In this document: positions 51,304 through 61,049 of the stretch, in pieces
How positions within the stretch are numbered: the first letter of the stretch is position 1
Layout of the letters: each line of letters starts with the position of its first letter
Assembly (NCBI GenBank): GCA_964561495.1
Contig: CAZLPW010000007.1
Span: 1 to 61,844 of the forward strand
Length of the DNA: 61,844 nucleotides
Direction: 5' to 3'
DNA from: an uncultured bacterium
GTDB taxonomy: Bacteria; Fidelibacterota; Marinisomatia; Marinisomatales; UBA1611
Notes under the pieces: model-generated
The model's input: the letters and a program-made list of their open reading frames with translations, nothing else
The model's database searches: none
What the model was told of the DNA's origin: nothing
Position numbers and translations under genes: made by a program

Positions 51304-54300
51304 TTAATTAAGCAAGGTAAAAAAATTATTTGCTAGACTGAAAGCATCATTTATATCACAACACCCAATATTAAATCTGAGTTTATCATTTTTTGTTGTT
51401 CCAAAAACAAAAGAAACCCCTTGTTTCTTTGCCCAAGATTTTAATGATGATATAAGAGTTTCTGCAGAACTAAATGGAAAAAAATCATTAAAAACGAACT
51501 CGATGTTTTTTGATGAAATAAATATTTTATTTACAGCTGTTTTTTTATATAGGGTTTTTAAATAAAGCTTTGACACCAGGTTTTTTGTTTGTTTTCTTAT
51601 TGGCCCAAAGCGATCAATTAGTTCTTTATGTATTTTTTTATGTTCCCTGGTGGTGTCTGCGAATGAAAGCCTATTGTAAAAACCAATTCTTTGTTTTTTG
51701 TTTTCAATATATTTTTCTGGTATATAAGCACTTTCTGTTAGAACAACATCCACATCCAAAAAACGAGAAGGCTCCGTTTTGTTTGTTTTGTCTAGCTCTT
51801 TTTTTAAAAGCTGACAATACATTTCAAAACCAACCGAACTTATGTGGCCGCTTTGTTTATAACCAAAGACAGACCCTGCCCCACGGATTTCTAAATCTTT
51901 TATAGAAATATCATACCCAGAACCCAGGGTTGAGAGTTTTTCAATTGTTTTTAGCCTTCTGTATGCCTGTGTTTTTAGTTTGTGTTTTGGGATCAACAAA
52001 AGGCAGGACGCCCTTCTTTTTCCGCGACCAACGCGGCCGCGCATTTGGTAGAGCTGAGAAAGGCCAAAGTTTTGAGCGTTGTTAATAATTATTAAGTTAG
52101 CATTTGTTATGTCTAGGCCAGACTCTATTATTGTTGTACAAACTAAAATATCAATGCCCCCATTAAAAAAAGACAAAACACGCTCCTCTAAATCTCGACT
52201 TGGCATTTGACCGTGAATAAAATCGACAGAACACGATGGAAAAAACCCGCTTATTTTTTTAGCCACATAAGATAGCGTTGGAATATCGTTTTGAACAAAA
52301 TAAACTTGCCCTCCGCGAGCAGTTTCTTGTTCTATCTTTTGTTTTATGGTGGACCAATTAAAATATTCAACACTGGTTTCTATTGGTTTTCTTGCGATAG
52401 GCGGCGTTTGTATTTTTGAAATATCACGTATCCCAACCATGCTGTGTTGCAGTGTTCTTGGTATTGGCGTTGCTGACAGCGTAAAAACATCAAGCATCGA
52501 CCTAATGGTCCTGATTTTTTCTTTGTGTTTTACGCCAAACCTGTGTTCCTCATCTATAATAAACAAAGCCAGAGAAGGCAAAACAACGTCCTCTGATAAA
52601 ACGCGATGGGTTCCGACAAGAATGTCAACAGCGCCCTTTGAACAGCGGCTTAATATATCTGACTGTTCTTTTTTTGTTTTAAACCGCGACAACAGCTCAA
52701 CGTTAACACCCAGGGGCTCAAAGCGCTCTGCGCAAGTAATAAAGTGTTGATCTGCAAGAATAGTTGTTGGGCATAAAAAAATGCAAGAACGCCCAGAAGC
52801 AACAGCCCGCATCATTAGCCTTAGGGCGACCTCGGTTTTACCAAAACCAACATCACCACAAATCAAGCGGTCTGCTGGGCTTTTTTTTAAAAGATCAGAA
52901 AGAGCCTCTTTTATTGCTTTTTTTTGGTCTGGTGTTTCAAGAAAAGGAAAAGATCTTTTTAATGCGGCCTCCATCTCTATGTCTTCTTTATATGAAAAGC
53001 CCCGAACGCGCTGTTTTTTCACATATAGCTTTACAAGTTCTTTTGCGACTAGAACAACAGATGCCTGAGCTTTTTTAATTTCAAGGTCCCAACGCCCAGA
53101 GCCCAGGGTTGCTATTTTTGGTTCCTTGCCAGAACCAAGGTGTCTGTGTACATAATTTATATTATCAACAGAAACAGAAACAAAACTATTGTTTTTGTAT
53201 TTTATATTAATAACCTCTTGTGTTCCAACAGCTGTCTCTTTTATGCTTAAGCCCTGGTAGATTCCAACCCCAAAGTTTTTATGAACTATCAAGTCGCCGG
53301 TGTTTATTTCTGATATGTCTTGCAGTAACAGGCGCTCAGGCGCTGTAGTGTTTTTTGGCACCCACTTGTTTGTTGTTTTGGTTTCTTTATCTATATCTGT
53401 GGCAGAAAAAACAAAAACACCACTCTGTTTTAAATAAAAACTAAAGCCACAAACCCCAGGCAAAACCCGAATTTTTTTGTTTGGACTTATTTTATGTTCA
53501 CTTGGGTCACCAGAAAAAAACAGTTTTTTTGGCCTCAGAGAACGAACAACAGAAAAAAGATTTTTTGTTCTTTCTCTTTTGTTTTTACCTTTCGCTAAAA
53601 CAGAAACAACGTCAAGCTCTATGTTGGAAGAGTTAGAGTCGCTTTTTTTAATAGAAAAAGAACCCTTTTTAGACTCAACGCAAAACACATCTGAAAAACA
53701 AAAAACATCTATAAGTCTAATAAAACCAATAGTTTGGGGCTCGTCTCCCTTTAGCAGGGCTTGTTTGACATTTTGAATTGAAACCTGAGAGGATGGGTCA
53801 AAATAAGTAAGGCGCTCAACCACATCAAAATCAAAAGAACACCGAAAGGGGTTTTGAAAATAAGCAGGAAAAACATCTACAATATCTCCCCTAACAGAAA
53901 AAGAGTTAGGTGTGAAAACAGAGCCCTCCTTTTGATACCCCGCGTTTATTAAAAAAGAGACAAGCGCATCCCGATCAAGCCTCTCGCCTTCTTTTATAAC
54001 AAAAAAAACTTTTTGGGCTCCAGGCGTCTTTTTTATGTTTTTTTCTTGTAAAACCGAAGTGGAAAAGACCAAAGGATTTTTATGGTCTGTTGCTTTGTAG
54101 ATTGTTTCTTGTCTGTATCTTTCGTTTGTTGACACAAAACCAGGAACCCTTTTTTTGTTTGACTTTTCAGGGTAATAAAAAACAGACTCAAGGCCAGCAG
54201 ACTCAAGAGAGTCGTAAAAACCAAAAGCGAGGCGGTTGTTTTTAAATGAAAAAAAAGCGGACCGTTTTAAAAAGCTTTGGCTTATAAAAAGAGCCAGTGA

Positions 54301-54387
54301 AGACCGGTCAAAACCAGAAACAGACCCCCCGCTTAAAAGATGGTTAAGCAAGGCAGGGTCAAAAGGCGATTCTTTTTTTTGTTTCAC
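51304..54387 (-). CDS. mfd: Transcription-repair coupling factor with divergent N-terminus
   Basis: RGDIVDVFP, GDLIVHKNFGVG, ETPDQ, GDVGFGKTEVA, DEEHRFGV, SATPIPRTL, QMRGRVGR and DLEIRGAG motifs; start is TTG 54396 or GTG 54387. Confidence 0.95.
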   Translation of the reverse strand: MKQKKESPFDPALLNHLLSGGSVSGFDRSSLALFISQSFLKRSAFFSFKNNRLAFGFYDSLESAGLESVFYYPEKSNKKRVPGFVSTNERYRQETIYKATDHKNPLVFSTSVLQEKNIKKTPGAQKVFFVIKEGERLDRDALVSFLINAGYQKEGSVFTPNSFSVRGDIVDVFPAYFQNPFRCSFDFDVVERLTYFDPSSQVSIQNVKQALLKGDEPQTIGFIRLIDVFCFSDVFCVESKKGSFSIKKSDSNSSNIELDVVSVLAKGKNKRERTKNLFSVVRSLRPKKLFFSGDPSEHKISPNKKIRVLPGVCGFSFYLKQSGVFVFSATDIDKETKTTNKWVPKNTTAPERLLLQDISEINTGDLIVHKNFGVGIYQGLSIKETAVGTQEVINIKYKNNSFVSVSVDNINYVHRHLGSGKEPKIATLGSGRWDLEIKKAQASVVLVAKELVKLYVKKQRVRGFSYKEDIEMEAALKRSFPFLETPDQKKAIKEALSDLLKKSPADRLICGDVGFGKTEVALRLMMRAVASGRSCIFLCPTTILADQHFITCAERFEPLGVNVELLSRFKTKKEQSDILSRCSKGAVDILVGTHRVLSEDVVLPSLALFIIDEEHRFGVKHKEKIRTIRSMLDVFTLSATPIPRTLQHSMVGIRDISKIQTPPIARKPIETSVEYFNWSTIKQKIEQETARGGQVYFVQNDIPTLSYVAKKISGFFPSCSVDFIHGQMPSRDLEERVLSFFNGGIDILVCTTIIESGLDITNANLIIINNAQNFGLSQLYQMRGRVGRGKRRASCLLLIPKHKLKTQAYRRLKTIEKLSTLGSGYDISIKDLEIRGAGSVFGYKQSGHISSVGFEMYCQLLKKELDKTNKTEPSRFLDVDVVLTESAYIPEKYIENKKQRIGFYNRLSFADTTREHKKIHKELIDRFGPIRKQTKNLVSKLYLKTLYKKTAVNKIFISSKNIEFVFNDFFPFSSAETLISSLKSWAKKQGVSFVFGTTKNDKLRFNIGCCDINDAFSLANNFFTLLN

Positions 54388-54395
54388 GTGAAACA
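54380..54395. promoter_or_regulatory. parS centromere site (perfect palindrome)
   Basis: TGTTTCACGTGAAACA, exact match to the canonical ParB-binding consensus. Confidence 0.93.
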
Positions 54396-54403
54396 ATGCT
54401 GTC

Positions 54404-56260
54404 CTATTTAATATTAACCAAAACTATAGAAACATCGGCTGGTGTTATACCGGAAATTCTAGAAGCCTGACCAACTGTTTCGGGTTTTATATAAGAAAGC
54501 TTCTCTTTTGCCTCGCTTGAAAGCCCCAAAACGTTTTCATAGTCAAAGCCGTCTGGTATTTGTTTTTCGTTGTTTTGGGACAGTTTTTTTATTTCGCCCT
54601 TTAGTCGCTCTATGTAGCCGGCGTATTTAATTTTGCTTTCTGTCTCAAAAAAAAGCTCATCAACAAGCCAGGGCTCAAAGTCGAAACCTTTCATAACCTC
54701 AGAAAACAAACCAGGAGGAAGGTCTGAAATTTGACAGGCGGGTTGTTTTAAAACGGTTTTTGCTGGCACGCTCTGTTTAATCACGATTTCTTTTTTAGTG
54801 AGGTCTTTGGGCTCAACCGACCGGCTTAAACAGCTAAGAAGCCCCTCCTTAGATGCGATGGTCTTTTCTAATAGGAAACACTCTTCTTTTTTTAGAAGGC
54901 CGTTGTCTTTTGCAAAACGGAGGAGCCGCTCTTCTGTGTTTGAATACCTAAGCAAAAGTCGATACTCTGCCCTTGAGGTGAACATTCTGTAGGGCTCAAA
55001 AGTGTCTTTTGTAATAAGGTCGTCAATCATAACACCTATGTATGAAGAGCTTCTTGATAAAACCAGGGGCCTCCCTCCGCTTGCTTTTTTAGATGCGTTA
55101 ATTCCAGCGATAAGCCCCTGGGCCCCAGCCTCTTCGTATCCAGATGTTCCGTTTATTTGCCCCGCCAGAAACAACCCAGAAAGCTCTTTTGTTTCAAGCG
55201 TTGATTTTAATTGAGCGGGGTGAAAAAAATCATATTCAATAGCGTATCCAGGCCTAAAAAAAGAAGCAGACTCTAACCCGGGAATTGTTCTAAGCGCTTT
55301 AATTTGGGTTTCTTCTGGTAGGCTTGTGGAAAAGCCGTTAACATATATTTGATCAGAATTAATCCACTCGGGTTCAAAAAAAAGAGTGTGCTGGTCTTGT
55401 TTTTCAAAGCGGAAAACCTTATCCTCAATAGAGGGGCAGTATCGTGGCCCAACACCGCCAATGTCTCCAGAAAACATAGGAGACCTGTTAATTTCATTTA
55501 ATATAACATCTTTTGTCTTTTTGTTTGTTTTGAAACTGTGGCAGAGAACGTTTTTTGGAAAAAACTTTTCAGTAAAATATGAAAAGGGAACAGGGTTTTT
55601 GTCCCCGAACTCTTCTTTTGCGAAAGACCAGTTGACTGAGTTTTTGATAAGTCTCGGGGGGGTCCCTGTTTTTAGCCGCCCTGTTTTGAAGCCTAAAGAA
55701 GATAAGGACTCCGTAATCCCAAAAGAGGGCCCCTCTCCCATTCTACCTGCCCGAATTTTCCTCTCTCCAATATGAATTAGACCGTTCAAGAATGTTCCGC
55801 AGGTTAAAACGACGGCCTTGCTTTTGATCACAGACCCATCCAAAAGAACAACCCCAGAAACGGCGTTATTCTTTGTCTTTAAAGAAACCACTTCACCGGA
55901 GACTGTTTTTACCTCAGCGCGGGTTGTTTTTTTTTGCACCAGGCTTTCGTAGTGCCGCTTGTCTACCTGAGCTCGAGGAGACCACACGGACCTCCCCTTT
56001 TTTTTGTTTAAAACTTTAAACTGTATTCCAGCGGTGTCAGCGACGGCGCCCATAGAGCCACCCAAAACATCCATCTCTCTAACCATCTGTCCTTTTGCCA
56101 GGCCCCCTATTGAGGGGTTACAGGACATGCGGCCAAGGGCTTTTTTATCCTGGGTTATTAAAACCGTTTTTTGTTTGAGTTTCCTAGATATTATTGCCGC
56201 CTCTATGCCAGCGTGTCCACCGCCAACAACAACAACATCATATAAACCTGATTGTTTCAC
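54404..56260 (-). CDS. mnmG: tRNA uridine-5-carboxymethylaminomethyl modification enzyme MnmG (GidA)
   Basis: [45 protein letters not shown] and [14 protein letters not shown] motifs; likely start GTG 56260 because the longer ORF overlaps mnmE. Confidence 0.96.
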   Translation of the reverse strand: MKQSGLYDVVVVGGGHAGIEAAIISRKLKQKTVLITQDKKALGRMSCNPSIGGLAKGQMVREMDVLGGSMGAVADTAGIQFKVLNKKKGRSVWSPRAQVDKRHYESLVQKKTTRAEVKTVSGEVVSLKTKNNAVSGVVLLDGSVIKSKAVVLTCGTFLNGLIHIGERKIRAGRMGEGPSFGITESLSSLGFKTGRLKTGTPPRLIKNSVNWSFAKEEFGDKNPVPFSYFTEKFFPKNVLCHSFKTNKKTKDVILNEINRSPMFSGDIGGVGPRYCPSIEDKVFRFEKQDQHTLFFEPEWINSDQIYVNGFSTSLPEETQIKALRTIPGLESASFFRPGYAIEYDFFHPAQLKSTLETKELSGLFLAGQINGTSGYEEAGAQGLIAGINASKKASGGRPLVLSRSSSYIGVMIDDLITKDTFEPYRMFTSRAEYRLLLRYSNTEERLLRFAKDNGLLKKEECFLLEKTIASKEGLLSCLSRSVEPKDLTKKEIVIKQSVPAKTVLKQPACQISDLPPGLFSEVMKGFDFEPWLVDELFFETESKIKYAGYIERLKGEIKKLSQNNEKQIPDGFDYENVLGLSSEAKEKLSYIKPETVGQASRISGITPADVSIVLVNIK

Positions 56261-56268
56261 GTGAAACT
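56253..56268. promoter_or_regulatory. parS centromere site (15/16 match)
   Basis: TGTTTCACGTGAAACT at the mnmE/mnmG junction. Confidence 0.88.
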
Positions 56269-57602
56269 TATTTGCCGACACAGAAGTTTTCGAACACGTT
56301 TTCCATAATGTCTTCTGCGCTTGTGGTCCCCAGCAAAGCAGAAAGGGACCTGGTTGATTCCACCAGCTCAAAGGCAACCAGCTCTATCTCAGGGTTGGTT
56401 TCTTTTAGAATGTGAAGTGCCTTTTTTAAGGACACAACAGATTCGTTTATGGCTTGTAGCTGACGGGTTGTTGTAATGATTGACCCATTTGTTTTGGCTT
56501 CTTTAGCTAAAAGATGTTTTTTTATTTCTTCCTTTAGGCTGTTAAGCCCAGCTCTTTTTTTAGCTGAAGTGTAAACCGCTCTGTGTTTTGGCGTTTTTTG
56601 TTTACTGTATTTTATCAAATCATTTTTGTTGTAAACGACAATTTTGTTTTCAGTATCTTCAATATTATCAACACCTTCTACAACATGTAGCACTAGGTCG
56701 GACTCTGAAATAGATTTTTTTGTGCGACGTAATCCCTCTGCCTCTACTTCGTTTCTGGTCTCTCTTGTTCCCGCGGTGTCAACAAGGCGGACACACAAGC
56801 CCCCGATCTGAGTTTCTTGTTCAATTGTGTCTCGCGTTGTTCCGGGCGTTGCGCTTGTTATTGCTCTTTCCTGATTAAGCAACGCGTTAAACAGTGTGGA
56901 CTTTCCTGCGTTTGGTTTTCCATAAAAAACCACCGTTGGGGGCCGGAGGTGGTTTATGTTTTCCCTGTAGTTCTTAATGTATTTTTCAAGTTTTTTGACA
57001 ACAGAAGTTATTGATTTTATTGTGTTTATAAAAAATTTGCCGCCCAGGTCCTCATCAGAGATGTCTAGTGCGTGTTCTATATTTGACGCCGCCAAAACAA
57101 TGTCAGATTTTATTTTTTTTAGGCCCCCAGCATCGTTTTCATTTAATATTTTCTGGTTGAGCTGAAGGGAGCGTTCTGTTTTTGCAGATATGATTTCTCC
57201 TACCGCCTCTGCTTGCAACATGTTTAGTTTGCCATTTAGAAATGCTCTTTTTGTAAACTCACCAGGCTCGGCTAAAACAGCTCCAAAAGAAACAAAAACA
57301 GAAAGAACTTTGGCCACGACCAGGGGAGAGCCGTGGCAAGAAACCTCCACTGTGTTTTCTCCCGTATAAGAGTTTGGCTTACTAAAATAGGTAACCAAGG
57401 CCCGATCAATTAGATCTCCGTTCTTGTCCCAAAGGCGCCTGTGGTAAACAACCCGGGGCTGGTAGTTTTTTTGGTTCTTCTTTGTTATTTTTGACAAACA
57501 AAAAAGAGATCGCGGCCCACTGGCCCTGATCAATGATACTCCGCCACGCCCAGGTGGAGACGATTCTGCTACAATTGTTTTTGGGCTAACACCTGAGGGC
57601 AT
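56268..57602 (-). CDS. mnmE: tRNA modification GTPase MnmE (TrmE)
   Basis: [41 protein letters not shown] and C-terminal FCVGK motifs. Confidence 0.95.
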   Translation of the reverse strand: MPSGVSPKTIVAESSPPGRGGVSLIRASGPRSLFCLSKITKKNQKNYQPRVVYHRRLWDKNGDLIDRALVTYFSKPNSYTGENTVEVSCHGSPLVVAKVLSVFVSFGAVLAEPGEFTKRAFLNGKLNMLQAEAVGEIISAKTERSLQLNQKILNENDAGGLKKIKSDIVLAASNIEHALDISDEDLGGKFFINTIKSITSVVKKLEKYIKNYRENINHLRPPTVVFYGKPNAGKSTLFNALLNQERAITSATPGTTRDTIEQETQIGGLCVRLVDTAGTRETRNEVEAEGLRRTKKSISESDLVLHVVEGVDNIEDTENKIVVYNKNDLIKYSKQKTPKHRAVYTSAKKRAGLNSLKEEIKKHLLAKEAKTNGSIITTTRQLQAINESVVSLKKALHILKETNPEIELVAFELVESTRSLSALLGTTSAEDIMENVFENFCVGK

Positions 57603-57608
57603 GTGTCG

Positions 57609-59279
57609 CTACCCCGTTTTTGTGCCCGGGCCTATGGGTTTTCGAGGAGAAAGTTTTTGTTGGGCAATTGTCAAAACATTAAAAAGCGTGTAATAAAGGT
57701 TTAGGCCCGAAGGAAACTGGTTGAAAAGCAAAAAGAAAAACACGCTCATGAAATACTGCATCATTTTTTGTTGTGGCTGTTGTTCTACCCCACCAGACAT
57801 TAGCTTTTGCTGGACAAACATTGACGCCCCCATTAGTATTGGCAAAACGGCCACGCCGTTACCATATATAGGCAATGAAAAAGGCAGGTAAAAAATAACA
57901 TCTGGTGAAGAAAGGTCTTTTATCCAAAAAACAAAAGGCTCTGCTCTAAGCTCTATCGTTGATCGAAAAACAACAAAAAGCGCAAACAGCAGTGGCATTT
58001 GCAACAACATCGGAAGGCAGCCGCCCAGTGGGTTCACCCCCTTTTCCTTATACATTTTCATTGTTGCCTGATTTAACTTTTGTGGATTGTTTTTGTATTT
58101 CTCTTTTAGTTTGTTTATTTCTGGTGCGAGTCTTTGCATAGCCTGAGTTGATTCATAACTTTTTTTGGTTAGCGGGTAGACAAGAACCTTTATTGCTATG
58201 GCAAAAAGGATTAAAATAAATCCATAGTTTGGTATAAGGGTTTTCATTTTTTTTAGTGTCCAAAGCACACCCTTTGATATCGGCTTTATTGGGCCCCATC
58301 CAAAGCTCATTATTTCCTCAAGGGTTGGCGTAAGAGTTTTTATTCTATCATATTCCAAGGGCCCGAGATATAAGAGAATGCTTGAGTTGGCAGAGGCTGA
58401 CAGGGCCAAAGAAAAATCATATATCTCAGACTCCCCCTTTTTTTGTGACCCGACGATTGCAGACTTTGGTTGGGTGTTTTTATTGGGAACAAAAGAGGCG
58501 GTAAAATACTTAGTCCTGGTAGAAACCCAGTCTGTTATGCCGTTGTAATCTGACTCAAGATAGTTGGTGCCATCGGCTTTAATTTTTTCCAGCTCTCCAC
58601 CTTGAAAAACAAAAGAGTTTGTATACATAAGGTCATCTGTTTTGTTTTTTTCTGTTAGAGGAAGGCCGCCTCTCCATGAAAAAAAGTACTGACCAGCGAA
58701 CACGCCCTCCGAGATTTTTTCTGTGTTTATGTCTACCTCAACAACATATGAGTCTGGATAAATGGTTAAAGACTTTTCTATTTTACCTAAGGCTGTTTCT
58801 TTAAAAAAAGCCAGCGTTGTTGGCTCGTTTATGACCCGGGTTGAAGGTTTTTGTTTAACAAACCAAGGGTCCTCCAGGTCTAGATCTTCACCGCTGTTGG
58901 ACCGAACAGAGATTAACAGGTTGTTTTTGTTTAGTTCGTTTATAAGGTTAACATAAACACTGTCATGTGTTAAATACTCAAAAAGCTTAAAAGAAACAAT
59001 GGAGCCTCCATTTTTATTTGAGATAACAATTTCGTAAAGGTCTGTTTCAAAAGTGAACAAAGACTCTTTTTGGCTTTGTTTGGTTTTGTTTGATTTTTCT
59101 AGTGTTTTTTTGGGTTTTTCTGTTTTAAGGGTTTCTTCTGTTGGGGGTGGCGGCGTTGTCGCAGTTTGTTCTTCAAAGGTGTCTACCTCCGGTCTCGGGT
59201 TTACAAATTCCATATAATAAGGTGTTAAAATCAGCACCAATGAAATTAATAAAAAGGCTAATAGGGTGTTTCTGTCCAC
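57609..59279 (-). CDS. yidC: Membrane protein insertase YidC
   Basis: MDRNTLLAF N-terminal TM, YLGP, NYG, YPLT, NPLGGCLPMLLQMP, WIKDLS and PSGLNLY motifs. Confidence 0.96.
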   Translation of the reverse strand: MDRNTLLAFLLISLVLILTPYYMEFVNPRPEVDTFEEQTATTPPPPTEETLKTEKPKKTLEKSNKTKQSQKESLFTFETDLYEIVISNKNGGSIVSFKLFEYLTHDSVYVNLINELNKNNLLISVRSNSGEDLDLEDPWFVKQKPSTRVINEPTTLAFFKETALGKIEKSLTIYPDSYVVEVDINTEKISEGVFAGQYFFSWRGGLPLTEKNKTDDLMYTNSFVFQGGELEKIKADGTNYLESDYNGITDWVSTRTKYFTASFVPNKNTQPKSAIVGSQKKGESEIYDFSLALSASANSSILLYLGPLEYDRIKTLTPTLEEIMSFGWGPIKPISKGVLWTLKKMKTLIPNYGFILILFAIAIKVLVYPLTKKSYESTQAMQRLAPEINKLKEKYKNNPQKLNQATMKMYKEKGVNPLGGCLPMLLQMPLLFALFVVFRSTIELRAEPFVFWIKDLSSPDVIFYLPFSLPIYGNGVAVLPILMGASMFVQQKLMSGGVEQQPQQKMMQYFMSVFFFLLFNQFPSGLNLYYTLFNVLTIAQQKLSPRKPIGPGTKTG

Positions 59280-59386
59280 TTGTTATTGATCAAAGTTTAT
59301 AGGGTTTGTATGGGGGCCTGTCTGGCGGGGGGGTAAGCCCACCAAACGGAAACCCAAAAAGGTTTTTATTAGAAAACAGATAAAAA

Positions 59387-59521
59387 CTAAACAGACAGTG
59401 TTATCCGGCCATTTTTACGCCGGCGACTAATAACGCGACGACCACCGACGGAGGCCATCCGAGAGCGAAACCCGTGTTTGTTTTTTCTTTTTCTCTTACT
59501 TGGTTGATATGTTCTTTTCAT
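59387..59521 (-). CDS. rpmH: 50S ribosomal protein L34 (below the ORF-track cutoff)
   Basis: Manual translation: [44 protein letters not shown]. Confidence 0.96.
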   Translation of the reverse strand: MKRTYQPSKRKRKNKHGFRSRMASVGGRRVISRRRKNGRITLSV

Positions 59522-59543
59522 GATGTATCCAAAAAAGCGTGCG

Positions 59544-59572
59544 AAAATACAAAAACAACAATCTTAAGGCAA
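59544..59572 (-). promoter_or_regulatory. Putative sigma70-type promoter for rpmH
   Basis: Minus strand TTGCCT, 17 bp spacer, TATTTT, ending ~22 bp before the ATG. Confidence 0.45.
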
Positions 59573-59646
59573 AACCAAAAAGAAAAAAAATAAAAGGCAG
59601 TTGTGTCGGTATAAAAATCTCTTGTAATTTTAAAAGGTAAGGGCGC

Positions 59647-59666
59647 TGTGGATAACTTGTGGAAAA
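59647..59666. promoter_or_regulatory. Two DnaA boxes in the dnaA leader (autoregulation)
   Basis: Perfect TGTGGATAA at 59647-59655 and TGTGGAAAA at 59658-59666, downstream of a possible TTGTGT-18 bp-TAATTT promoter (59601-59630). Confidence 0.8.
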
Positions 59667-59675
59667 CATTTATAC

Positions 59676-61028
59676 ATGAATAAAAACGAATTGTGGTCTG
59701 GCGCGGTAAAAGATCTTTCTCTTGGGTTACCTGTTCACGCTATTAACACTTGGATCGATCCGATAAAAGCAAAAGAAATTTCTAAAAATAAAATAGTGCT
59801 AGAGGTGCCAAATCAGTTTTTCTTAGAGTGGGTTGATTCGCACTATAGAAAAACCATTGACGCCTCAGTAAAAAAAATATCAAAAAACAAAATAAGCACT
59901 CTGTTTATGGTTGGCGAGGGCGAGGGTGAAGCAAGACAGGAGAAGGGAGCGACCGAAACGCCAAAAGAAAGGAAAAAGATAATAATTAAAAAACCGAGTC
60001 CAGTAAACAAGGGATATGTATTTGATTGTTTTATTGAGGGAGCAAACAATCAGTTCGCAAAGACAGCATCTCAGGCTGTTGCTAGCGAGCCAGGAAAGCA
60101 GTCTTTTAACCCCTTGATTATATATGGTGGCGTGGGGCTTGGAAAAACACATCTTATTCACGCAATCGGTAACGAAGCTTTAAAAACGGACCCGAGCCTT
60201 AACGTTGTTCTGGCGACCAGTGAAAAATTTACGCTTGATTTTGTAAACAGTTTGCGTAAAAACAAAACCATCGAATTTGCCAAGCTTTATAGAAAAGCAG
60301 ATATTCTTTTAGTTGATGACATTCAATTTTTTTCTGGTAAAGAACAAACCCAGGAGCAGTTTTTTCATACCTTCAACGAGCTATACCAGTCACAAAAACA
60401 AATTGTTTTAACGGCAGATAGGTACCCAAGCGAGATGAGGGGGCTTCAGGACCGTCTGCTTTCTCGTTTTCAGTCTGGTCTTGTTGTTGATATCCAGCCC
60501 CCAGACTATGAAGTTCGTGTTGCCATTCTCATGGAAAAAGCAGAACAAAATGGGATAGAGCTTCCTTATGAAATAATTGAGTTTATAGCAACACACATAA
60601 AAAGCAACATTCGAGACCTTGAGGGCACGATTATTAGAATACTAGCTAAATCTTCATTAATGAACAGAGATATCGACTTTAGTTTAGCCAAAGAGGTCGT
60701 TAAAGAAAGAACAGGGAACAAGCTCGACCTTGGTCTTAATTCGGAAAGCATAATTAATCAGGTTTCTGATGTTTTTGGCGTAGCGCACAAAGACATTGTT
60801 GGAAAAAGCAGGAGAATGGAGATTGTGCAGGCAAGGCAGGTGGCCATGTATTTGTGCAGAAACCTGTTAGACGCCTCCCTAAGTTCTATTGGCCTTAGCT
60901 TTGGAGGCAGAGACCATACAACTGTAATACACGCAATTAAAACCATAGAGCAAAAAGGGCCTAAAAACTCAAACCTTGATAAAACAATAAAATCAATTGA
61001 GGAAAAATTAAGTTTTATTTCTTCCTAG
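59676..61028 (+). CDS. dnaA: Chromosomal replication initiator DnaA
   Basis: NPLIIYGGVGLGKTHL, LLVDDIQF, QEQFFHTFN, RLLSRF, ARQVAMYL and GGRDHTTV motifs. Confidence 0.98.
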   Translation: MNKNELWSGAVKDLSLGLPVHAINTWIDPIKAKEISKNKIVLEVPNQFFLEWVDSHYRKTIDASVKKISKNKISTLFMVGEGEGEARQEKGATETPKERKKIIIKKPSPVNKGYVFDCFIEGANNQFAKTASQAVASEPGKQSFNPLIIYGGVGLGKTHLIHAIGNEALKTDPSLNVVLATSEKFTLDFVNSLRKNKTIEFAKLYRKADILLVDDIQFFSGKEQTQEQFFHTFNELYQSQKQIVLTADRYPSEMRGLQDRLLSRFQSGLVVDIQPPDYEVRVAILMEKAEQNGIELPYEIIEFIATHIKSNIRDLEGTIIRILAKSSLMNRDIDFSLAKEVVKERTGNKLDLGLNSESIINQVSDVFGVAHKDIVGKSRRMEIVQARQVAMYLCRNLLDASLSSIGLSFGGRDHTTVIHAIKTIEQKGPKNSNLDKTIKSIEEKLSFISS

Positions 61029-61048
61029 AAAAGGTTTAATCTTTTCTA
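61026..61048 (+). terminator. Weak hairpin just after dnaA
   Basis: TAGAAAAG-7 nt-CTTTTCTA perfect 8 bp inverted repeat; AT-rich with no clear U-tract. Confidence 0.25.
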
Positions 61049-61049
61049 T

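Noticed and set aside
56261-56377. 39 aa N-terminal extension of MnmG in the ORF track
   Set aside because: Overlaps the conserved mnmE C-terminus (FCVGK); FHVKQ is just the translated parS palindrome
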